Positions 23,376 to 31,493 of a stretch of DNA of 31,493 nucleotides are shown here, in pieces (position 1 is the first letter of the stretch; each line of letters begins with the position of its first letter). The DNA comes from Candidatus Brocadiaceae bacterium. Lineage in GTDB: Bacteria; Planctomycetota; Brocadiia; SM23-32. Under the pieces are notes generated by a model. That model was not told where the DNA came from, did no database searches, and saw nothing but the letters and a program-made list of their open reading frames with translations. The DNA lies in the NCBI GenBank assembly GCA_030615435.1, contig JAUWZH010000001.1:1-31493 (forward strand), read 5' to 3'. Both the position numbers and the translations under genes were made by a program.

Positions 23376-26135
23376 ATGCCTCAACATCTTTTCCTCATAG
23401 ACGGGCACGCCCACTGTTATCAGGCATATTATGCCATCAAGGGGCTCACCGGGCCGAACGGCGAACCAGTCAATGCAATCTACGGTTTTGCGCGAATGCT
23501 CAGAAGGATCCGGATGGAGTATCACCCCGACTACCTTGCGGTGGTGTTCGATCCGCCCGGCAAGGTCTTCCGCCATGAGATCTACGACGCTTACAAGGCC
23601 ACGCGCAAACCGATGCCGGAGGACCTGCGGCGCCAGTTCCCACTTATCCGCGAGATGCTCGCGCGGCAGCAAACGCCCGGACTCGTCGTGGATGGCTACG
23701 AGGCCGACGACGTAATGGCGTCGGCGGCGCGACTCGCCGCTCGGCAGGGCGTGGCGTCAGTGTTGGTCACAACTGACAAGGACGCCGAGCAACTGATAGA
23801 CGAGATGACCACCGTCCTGCACGTGCGCAAGGACCGGACAATCCGACTCGACCCCGAGTCCCTGAAGGAAAAACGCGGCGTGGAGTCCTGGCAAGTGGTG
23901 GAGATGATGGCCCTCGCCGGCGATTCGAGCGATAACATCCCCGGAGCGTCAGGCGTGGGTCTGAAGACGGCCACGAAGCTCATCCAGGAGTTCGGCAGCG
24001 TGGCGAAGCTCTACGAGAACCTGGACCGGGTCCGCAGCGAGTCGCTGCGCAAGCGCCTGGCTGAGAACCGCGAGCAGGTCGAGCTGAGCCGACGACTGGC
24101 CACGATAGACCGGGAGGTGCCCCTGGAGCTAGACCTGGAGCAGTGCCGAACGGACCGCGCCGACACAAGAGAGCTGAACGAGTTCTACCGGGCGCTCGGC
24201 TTCCGGTCCCTGATCGAAGGGGAAGGTGGCTCTGTGACAACCGTGCAGGCTGCACCGGATCGGCAGGGCTCTCTCTTCGGCTCCGAGACCGAGGCGGCGG
24301 AGGCCCCGGAGTTCGAGGACATTTCCACCGGGAAAGTGGACTACCGGATCGTCCGTTCGCTGGCCGAGGTGCGGCGCCTCGCCGGGCAGCTTCAAGAGCG
24401 AGGCTCGTTCGCCTTCGACCTGGAGACCACCAGCCTCGATCCCCACGAGGCGCAGATCGTTGGATTCGCGCTGAGCTGGCAGGAGCATCAGGGTGTCTAC
24501 GTGCCGGCGGCCGGCCCCCCGGGCGAAGAACTCTGCCCCGCGCGGCAGGTGCTCGCCGAACTCAAGCCGCTGCTGGAAGACCCCTCCGTCGGCAAGATGG
24601 GGCAGAACCTCAAATACGACATGTCTGTGCTCAAGAATTACGAGGTCGAGCTGCGCGGGATCGCCTGCGACACCATGGTGGCCTCCTATCTGCTCGACCC
24701 CTCCGATATGAGCCACGGGCTCGACGCGCTGGCGCGAAAACACCTGAACTACCGGACCATCCCGATTTCCGAACTCATCGGCAAGGGCCGCGATCAGCTC
24801 TCGATGGCCGCCGTGCCGGTGGAACGGGTTGCTCGCTACGCATGTGAAGACGCGGACGTGGCCTTCAGGCTGGCGGAGGTCCTGATGCCTCGGCTCGAGG
24901 AGCAGGAGCTGCTGCCGCTGTTCCGCCACCTGGAACTGCCGCTCATCCCCGTGCTCGCCGAAATGGAATGGCGAGGCATAAAAATATCTGAGGAGGAGCT
25001 CAAAGCAGCCAGCAGGGAGTTCGAGCTGGAGCTCAGAGTGCTCGAAGAGCGCATACACCAGCAGGCGGGAGAGGAATTCAACCTCAACTCGCCCAAGCAA
25101 CTGAGTCGGGTGCTGTTCGAGCGGCTCGGGCTGCCGCGCCCGGCGGGCAAGGAGCGCACCACGGGGTATTCGACGGAGAGTTCCGTGCTGGAGAACCTCG
25201 CCCGGGATCACCCCATCGCCGGGAACCTGCTGCGCTGGCGCGAGTTGAGCAAGTTGAAGAGCACCTATGCCGACGCCCTGCTGGGTCTCGTCAACAGCCG
25301 CACCGGCCGCCTGCACACCTCGTTCAATCAGACCGGAACGGCCACGGGCCGCCTGTCCAGCAGCGAGCCGAACCTGCAGAATATCCCCGTGCGCACGCCG
25401 CTCGGCCGGCGCATCCGCCGGGCCTTCGTGCCGGGCGAGCCGGACATGCTCCTGCTCAGCGCGGACTACTCGCAGGTTGAGCTCCGCGTGCTGGCCCATT
25501 GCTCGGGGGACGAAGCGCTCCAGGAGGCATTCCGGCGGGACCGCGACATCCACCGTTTCGTCGCAGCGCAGGTCAACGGGGTGCCGGAAGAGCGAGTCAC
25601 GTCCGAGATGCGCCGGCAGGCAAAGGCCGTGAATTTCGGGATTATCTATGGCCAGAGTCCTTACGGGCTGAGCCGCCAGATCGGCATCTCCGTGGAAGAT
25701 GCGAGGCGGTTCATCGGGGGTTACTTCGAGCGCTACCCGGAGGTGAAGAGATTCATCGGCGCGACCATCGCGGGGGCCCGCAGGAGCGGTTACGTGCGCA
25801 CGCTTGCCGGGCGGAGGCGCGCGGTTCCCGGCATACGCTCGAGCGGCAACGTCCGCAGCGCTGCCGAGCGTATCGCCGTCAACAGCGTCATACAGGGCTC
25901 GGCGGCGGACCTGATTAAGATGGCAATGATCGCCATCAGCCGCGAGCTCCCCGCGGTCAGCCCTCGCAGCGCCATGCTTCTGCAGATCCACGACGAGTTG
26001 CTCTTCGAGGTGCCCGAGGCGGACCTGGAGAGCGTGCGTGGGTTTGTGGTGGAGAAGATGAGCGGCGCAATGGAGTTGTCCATTCCGCTCAAGGTGGAAG
26101 TGGCTGTCGGCAAGAACTGGGAAGAAAGCAAGTGA
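23376..26135 (+). CDS. polA: DNA polymerase I with 5'-3' exonuclease and intact 3'-5' exonuclease motifs
   Basis: LFLIDGH, YKATRKPMP, GDSSDNIPG; ExoI FDLETT, ExoII GQNLKYD, ExoIII YACEDAD; TGRLSSSEPNLQNIP, DYSQVELR, AKAVNFGIIYG, LQIHDELLFE. Start ATG 23376 inferred from homology. Confidence 0.97.
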   Translation: MPQHLFLIDGHAHCYQAYYAIKGLTGPNGEPVNAIYGFARMLRRIRMEYHPDYLAVVFDPPGKVFRHEIYDAYKATRKPMPEDLRRQFPLIREMLARQQTPGLVVDGYEADDVMASAARLAARQGVASVLVTTDKDAEQLIDEMTTVLHVRKDRTIRLDPESLKEKRGVESWQVVEMMALAGDSSDNIPGASGVGLKTATKLIQEFGSVAKLYENLDRVRSESLRKRLAENREQVELSRRLATIDREVPLELDLEQCRTDRADTRELNEFYRALGFRSLIEGEGGSVTTVQAAPDRQGSLFGSETEAAEAPEFEDISTGKVDYRIVRSLAEVRRLAGQLQERGSFAFDLETTSLDPHEAQIVGFALSWQEHQGVYVPAAGPPGEELCPARQVLAELKPLLEDPSVGKMGQNLKYDMSVLKNYEVELRGIACDTMVASYLLDPSDMSHGLDALARKHLNYRTIPISELIGKGRDQLSMAAVPVERVARYACEDADVAFRLAEVLMPRLEEQELLPLFRHLELPLIPVLAEMEWRGIKISEEELKAASREFELELRVLEERIHQQAGEEFNLNSPKQLSRVLFERLGLPRPAGKERTTGYSTESSVLENLARDHPIAGNLLRWRELSKLKSTYADALLGLVNSRTGRLHTSFNQTGTATGRLSSSEPNLQNIPVRTPLGRRIRRAFVPGEPDMLLLSADYSQVELRVLAHCSGDEALQEAFRRDRDIHRFVAAQVNGVPEERVTSEMRRQAKAVNFGIIYGQSPYGLSRQIGISVEDARRFIGGYFERYPEVKRFIGATIAGARRSGYVRTLAGRRRAVPGIRSSGNVRSAAERIAVNSVIQGSAADLIKMAMIAISRELPAVSPRSAMLLQIHDELLFEVPEADLESVRGFVVEKMSGAMELSIPLKVEVAVGKNWEESK

Positions 26136-26788
26136 GCGGCCCGCCCGAAAGAAAGGGCAACGTCGCGCCCGTGGTGGGAGTGCTCGGCGCCGTGTGCAGC
26201 GGCAAGAGCACCGTGGCGCGGTTGATGGCCGAGCAGGGATTCGAACTCGTTGACGCCGATCGAATAGGGCACGAGGTGCTGGAGCAGCCGCAAGTTAAGA
26301 AACAGCTTCGCGATTCATTTGGAGATCACATGTTCAACGCCGACGGAACGCTCAACCGGGATGAACTCGGCCGGTGCGTGTTCCGTTGCGCGTCCTGTTT
26401 GGAAAGGCTCAATTCCATCGTCCATCCGCTCATCCTGGATGAGATCGCCCGAAAGATTCGACGGGTCAGGCGCGGCGCAGCGGCCCGCCCCATCGTCCTG
26501 GATGCAGCCCTGCTGATGGAGAAGAACCTGAACGAGCAATACTGCGACCTGCTGGTTTTCGTGGACGCTCCCGAGGAGGCCCGCAAGGCCCGCGCCAGGT
26601 GCCAGCGGGGCTGGAGTGCGGCCGAGCTTTCCCGCCGCCACGCAGCCCAGATGGCACCCGAACTCAAGAGGCGGCAAGCCGATCTTGTGATCGACAACTC
26701 AGGGGCGGAACGCGAATTGCGTGCAGCGGTAAGTGTTCTGGTTAGCCGCATCCGGAAAAGATTCTATTGCGCCGGGGCAGGCCGGTAA
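26132..26788 (+). CDS. coaE: Dephospho-CoA kinase
   Basis: GVLGAVCSGKSTVA P-loop, DADRIGH, LNSIVHP, DAALLME, IDNSG; GTGA overlap with the polA stop. Confidence 0.9.
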   Translation: MSGPPERKGNVAPVVGVLGAVCSGKSTVARLMAEQGFELVDADRIGHEVLEQPQVKKQLRDSFGDHMFNADGTLNRDELGRCVFRCASCLERLNSIVHPLILDEIARKIRRVRRGAAARPIVLDAALLMEKNLNEQYCDLLVFVDAPEEARKARARCQRGWSAAELSRRHAAQMAPELKRRQADLVIDNSGAERELRAAVSVLVSRIRKRFYCAGAGR

Positions 26789-26860
26789 GGCGCGAGGAGC
26801 GCCGACCCCCGCCACGGCATGGAAGACCCCTTTCAGGCAGGCCCACAGGAGGAGCTAACA

Positions 26861-28186
26861 GTGGCAAGTTCGTACTCGACGAAAGAGTCAAGGGAAAGAA
26901 CCATTCCGCACAAGCCCAAGGGTGGGTTCCATATCGAGCAGCTGCAAAAAATGACCATGAAGCAATTGCAGGAGCTCGCTCGCACTGAAGGCGTGGGGAA
27001 CTACTCCGGCCTCAAGAAGCAGGAACTCGTATTCGAGGTTCTCAAGGCCCGCGTCAACAAGGACGGAATGATGTACGGGGAGGGGGTGCTCGAGGTGCTG
27101 CCCGAGGGTTTCGGGTTCCTGCGCTCTCCCGACTACAGCTACATGCCGAGCCCCGACGACATCTATGTGTCCCCCAGCCAGATTCGCCGCTTCAGGCTGC
27201 GCACCGGCCACATTGTGTCGGGGCAGATACGCTCGCCCAAGGATAACGAGCGCTACTTCGCCCTGCTCAAGGTGGAGGCGGTGAACTACGAGAGCCCCGA
27301 CGCGATCGCAGAGACGATCGTCTTCGAGGACCTCACGCCCTTGCACCCGAACGAGCGCTTCATTCTCGAGACCACCTCCGACAGGCTGGAAACCCGAATC
27401 ATAGACATGATCACGCCCGTCGGCAAGGGGCAGCGAGGGCTGATCGTGGCGGCCCCCAGGACCGGCAAGACCATCCTGCTGCAAATGATGGCCAATGCGA
27501 TCCTGAACAACCACCCGGATTGCTACGTCATCATCCTGCTGATTGACGAGCGGCCGGAAGAGGTGACCGACATGACGCGCAACGTTCCCGCGGCAGAGGT
27601 CATCAGCTCAACCTTCGACGAGCCCCCCAGCCGCCACGTACAGGTCGCCAGCATGGTGATCGAGAAAGCCCGCCGCATGGTGGAATACGGGCGCGATGTC
27701 GTAATTTTCCTGGACTCAATCACCAGGCTGGCCCGGGCGCACAATGCAGAGGTGCCACACAGCGGCAAGATCCTCACCGGGGGCGTGGAATCCACCGCCC
27801 TGCAGAAGCCTAAAAGATTCCTCGGCAGCGCCAGGAACATCGAGGAAGGCGGGAGCCTGAGCATCATCGGAACCGCCCTCATCAACACCGGCAGCAGAAT
27901 GGACGATGTGATCTACGAAGAGTTCAAAGCCACCGGCAACATGGAGCTGCACCTGGACCGCAACCTCGCCGACCGGCGCATCTTCCCGGCCATAGACGTG
28001 ACGCGAAGCGGCACCCGCCGGGAGGAACTGCTCATGGACCCGGATGAGCTCAAGCGCGTGCGCCTGCTGCACAGGATGCTCGGCGACCTCGCCCCCCAGG
28101 AATCCATTGATGTGCTGAGCAGGAAACTCAAGCAGACCCAGAACAACGCCGAGTTCCTCATGAGCATCAACATCGACGGCCAGTAG
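26861..28186 (+). CDS. rho: Transcription termination factor Rho
   Basis: [78 protein letters not shown] at 26861 with SD GGAGGA. Confidence 0.97.
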   Translation: MASSYSTKESRERTIPHKPKGGFHIEQLQKMTMKQLQELARTEGVGNYSGLKKQELVFEVLKARVNKDGMMYGEGVLEVLPEGFGFLRSPDYSYMPSPDDIYVSPSQIRRFRLRTGHIVSGQIRSPKDNERYFALLKVEAVNYESPDAIAETIVFEDLTPLHPNERFILETTSDRLETRIIDMITPVGKGQRGLIVAAPRTGKTILLQMMANAILNNHPDCYVIILLIDERPEEVTDMTRNVPAAEVISSTFDEPPSRHVQVASMVIEKARRMVEYGRDVVIFLDSITRLARAHNAEVPHSGKILTGGVESTALQKPKRFLGSARNIEEGGSLSIIGTALINTGSRMDDVIYEEFKATGNMELHLDRNLADRRIFPAIDVTRSGTRREELLMDPDELKRVRLLHRMLGDLAPQESIDVLSRKLKQTQNNAEFLMSINIDGQ

Positions 28187-28201
28187 CGGCACTGCCGGGC
28201 A

Positions 28202-31006
28202 TCACTCGCGCCCATCCGGGTTCGCATCCGGGCGGGTCCGCTGGGAGTACAAGTAGAACTGGTCCCGCGCGGCGCGGTTCTCGGGGGCGATCTGAAGTGC
28301 CTTCTCGGCGAGCCTCGCCGCTTCCTCGTAGCGTTCGGCCCGCCCGTATAGGTAGCTGAGCCGCACCAGCGCTTCGACGTTGCGCGGATCGTGCTCCAGC
28401 ACCTCATGCAGCCGCCTCGCGGCATTCTTCGCCTCCCCGCCGGCAAGGTGGATGCGCGCAAGGCGGAGCATGACCTCCACCGAGTCAGGCTCTTCAGCGA
28501 GTGCCGCCTCATAGGCGACAAGTGCGTCCTCCCCTCGTCCCAGCGCCTCCAGGCTGCGCCCACGCCAGTACCAGACGGCGAACGTGTCCTCCTCCGGCCG
28601 CGCCTCCGCCCTGAGCAGCGCCAGCGATTCCTGCGGAAGCCCGAACTGCATCAGTGCGATGGCGAGCTTCAACCTGCGGCTCTCCACGTCCGGCGCAAAC
28701 AGCTCGAGGTCCACAGCGGGGCTTTCAAGAACGTCGCTGAGCTCCCGCACCCCCTGCCCAGGCGACCCGCTCACGCGGGCAACCCTCCCGATCTGGTGCA
28801 GGAGCGTGTCGGTCTGAGCGACGTGAAACCCCCGGAGTTTCCGCAGGGCGAGTGCCTTTTCCTTCGCGCTGGAGAACTCCAGGGAATCGTCCAGATGGTC
28901 CCGAACCTCCAGGCGGTACTGCACCAGGAGAGCGAGCACCTCAGCCCTGCTCTGCTCGGCCAGGTCGCGGGCCAACACCGGCGCTCGCGAAGGAGAATCC
29001 CGCCTGTACGGCCGAGCGCCAGCACATAACTTCAGCAGGTGCTCCGGGGCCGCCGTGTAGCAGGCGATCACCTGTCTGGCGTCCCAGAATCCCCCCTGTC
29101 CCAGGTACACCCTTCGACGAGGCTCGAGGAACAACGAGCGGAGGCGCTTATAGTTCACTCGCGGCTTCTCGCCGCACAGCAGCACCACCTCGTCCCCGTA
29201 CAGAAACGTCCGCGTCCGGGGGAATACGGCAATCACCGTCGCCAGCACTCGCATCAGCTCTTTCCCGGTCAGCGCCCGCGTGGGGAGCCAGAGGACCAAT
29301 ACGCCTTCACTTTTCAGTGCCGTGCGCAGTCTGCTCAGGACTTCGAGATTCACAACCGACAGCGGGCATCGTGCCACTGTCAGGGGGCCAGGCCCGCAGA
29401 TGATCGCGTCAAGCCCCCCCGGAATGGGTGCGGCGGCGCCCAGAGCCGTGCTGTGGATGCGGATGACCCTGGCTTCCGGAGCGAGGACCTTCACCCCGAC
29501 GTCAGTCTCATCGAGGGCGGGCCCGACGACTCCGATGCCCTCGTTGCCCCTGGTTCCGGTCACTGCCAGGACCACAGCAAGCCGCACGGAACCGCTGTCG
29601 AGGCCGCGGTTCGAGGAAACCATATTCCCGCAGAAGAAGCGCCCGGTTTCCTGCCGGGCCTCTGCCATTGCCCTGAGCCCCCACGGATCGTATTGGACGC
29701 TCCTGATGTCCACGTCGCCGATGTCCGACTTCGGCCGGTCTCGCGGCGGCCGCTCGTTGAGCCTCCCCGGAATGTCCTTCAAGTACCAGACGAATGTGCG
29801 CCTCAGCCATCGCCATCTCAAGTTCGGCTCTCCCAGGAAGGTCCAGGCCAGCGCTGCCAGGGCCAGAGCCAGCACCGCGCCCGGCAAGGCAAGACGCCGG
29901 GGCAGCGCTCCCCCCTGTCTCATTGCGTTTACCCCCACAGGCGCCAGGGCGAGCACGCACAGGGATCCGGCAAGGACGTAATTCCACACGTGAGACGCGT
30001 CGGAGGGCAGCAAGAGCACTCCGGCGGCCCCGACTGCGGCTGCCACAGAACCGCTTGCCCGCCTCTTTCCTTCCGCTGCACCCTCGCCGCTCGCCGGCCT
30101 GAGCACCGCAAGGGCCGCCGCAAACGCCCACAGCGGGAACATCCGTTGAGGCTGCAGAAGGGAACGCCCGCTCTGGCAGACCGCCGATTCGCTGAAAATC
30201 AAATACGGATAGAACAGGAAAGACGATTCCAGCAACACGATGATGGCGAGCAGGCCGAGCACACGCGCCAGCAGCGACACGGATTCTGCCACCCGCCCGA
30301 CGTCCGGCAACATCACGCGGAGAACCAGTCCCACGCAGAAAGCAAGCGCGAGGTCTGCCGCCGCGTAGGCAAACCAGCCCGCAGCGTATGAATAGGTGCG
30401 AAGCAGCGCGACGCAAACGGCCCCCATGGCCGCACAAAGGAGGAGATTCCCCGCATGGCAAGCGTTGGAGCCCTCCGGCGCCCTCTCCTGCACATGCCTC
30501 CGAGACCCCTGAGGGGCGGGCACCACCAACGCCCACGCCGCTGCCGCACCGCCGAGCGCCAGCATCGTCCAGGCGTCACCGATGGCAGCAGCCAAACCCG
30601 CCGAGAGGGCCATGAAGCCGCCCGCAGCCCCGGCCACCAGGGCCAGCCTGAGCCCGGGGTGCGCCCTTGCGGGCGCGGCGAACAGAATCCCCGCCGGCAC
30701 CATGCCGACAGCCGCCAGAAGAGCCACACCACACGAGGATCCGACCGTGTTCCGCAGCCACCCCCACAATCCCCACACGAGCACCGCGGCAATCAGCAGG
30801 AGCCACTGCCCTGCCAGGCGGGGCCGCCAGAATCGCGGCACCACCTCCGCCCCGATGCTCCAGCCCGCCAGCAATGCCGCAATCCCCAGGGCAGCGACGG
30901 GTGCGGCGCCTCCGCAAGCGAGATCAAGGCGATGGAAGGCGAAAAAGACCAAACCTGCCAGCGCCGCTCCGCCGAGGAAAGACCGAATGCCCTGCGCGGC
31001 ATCCAT
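28202..31006 (-). CDS. Polytopic membrane protein + degenerate spermidine-synthase/class I methyltransferase-like domain + C-terminal TPR repeats
   Basis: Over 10 TM segments; LDAIICGP, LRTALKSEGVLVLWLP and VLATVIAVFP resemble fused MFS/spermidine synthase proteins; TPR-like WYWRGRSLEALGRGEDALVAYEAALAEEP. ATG at 31006, 10 nt after the serS stop. Confidence 0.6.
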   Translation of the reverse strand: MDAAQGIRSFLGGAALAGLVFFAFHRLDLACGGAAPVAALGIAALLAGWSIGAEVVPRFWRPRLAGQWLLLIAAVLVWGLWGWLRNTVGSSCGVALLAAVGMVPAGILFAAPARAHPGLRLALVAGAAGGFMALSAGLAAAIGDAWTMLALGGAAAAWALVVPAPQGSRRHVQERAPEGSNACHAGNLLLCAAMGAVCVALLRTYSYAAGWFAYAAADLALAFCVGLVLRVMLPDVGRVAESVSLLARVLGLLAIIVLLESSFLFYPYLIFSESAVCQSGRSLLQPQRMFPLWAFAAALAVLRPASGEGAAEGKRRASGSVAAAVGAAGVLLLPSDASHVWNYVLAGSLCVLALAPVGVNAMRQGGALPRRLALPGAVLALALAALAWTFLGEPNLRWRWLRRTFVWYLKDIPGRLNERPPRDRPKSDIGDVDIRSVQYDPWGLRAMAEARQETGRFFCGNMVSSNRGLDSGSVRLAVVLAVTGTRGNEGIGVVGPALDETDVGVKVLAPEARVIRIHSTALGAAAPIPGGLDAIICGPGPLTVARCPLSVVNLEVLSRLRTALKSEGVLVLWLPTRALTGKELMRVLATVIAVFPRTRTFLYGDEVVLLCGEKPRVNYKRLRSLFLEPRRRVYLGQGGFWDARQVIACYTAAPEHLLKLCAGARPYRRDSPSRAPVLARDLAEQSRAEVLALLVQYRLEVRDHLDDSLEFSSAKEKALALRKLRGFHVAQTDTLLHQIGRVARVSGSPGQGVRELSDVLESPAVDLELFAPDVESRRLKLAIALMQFGLPQESLALLRAEARPEEDTFAVWYWRGRSLEALGRGEDALVAYEAALAEEPDSVEVMLRLARIHLAGGEAKNAARRLHEVLEHDPRNVEALVRLSYLYGRAERYEEAARLAEKALQIAPENRAARDQFYLYSQRTRPDANPDGRE

Positions 31007-31016
31007 CGTGGAAGGA

Positions 31017-31493
<477 letters not shown>

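Noticed and set aside
24129-25991. 620-aa minus-strand ORF
   Set aside because: Antisense shadow of polA.
29039-30391. 450-aa plus-strand ORF and overlapping ORFs
   Set aside because: Antisense to the 934-aa membrane/TPR gene; no domains.

Overview
31.5 kb high-GC bacterial chromosome segment. The polA-coaE-rho order, LRR lipoprotein, Tat-DUF362 and beta-propeller lipoprotein suggest Planctomycetota; this is an inference, not a database result. Left arm: pabB (partial)-pabC, a BamB-like beta-propeller lipoprotein, a 64-aa Bd0055-type bacterial histone-fold gene with its own sigma70 promoter, SD, structured 3' region and terminator, a Tat-signal DUF362 protein, and an operon of ArsR, a 49-aa Cys/His peptide missing from the ORF track, and an ABC-2 exporter. 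Middle (about 7.76-15.85 kb, minus strand, directly downstream of tRNA-Ala(CGC)): an AT-richer array of orphan Rhs modules. It has three core stubs with Cys-rich tips (one AMOP/isthmin-like, two sharing a Gly-rich beta motif), followed by membrane proteins or lipoproteins including an LRR lipoprotein, plus a frameshifted core remnant. No integrase or full-length rhs is in the window. Right arm: apgM-like gene and hom, divergent glnS/gltX, a free-standing tRNA-binding OB-fold gene, a roughly 380-nt structured leader before polA-coaE-rho, a membrane/degenerate spermidine-synthase/TPR protein and serS (partial). All family calls come from motif recognition by eye; no searches were run.
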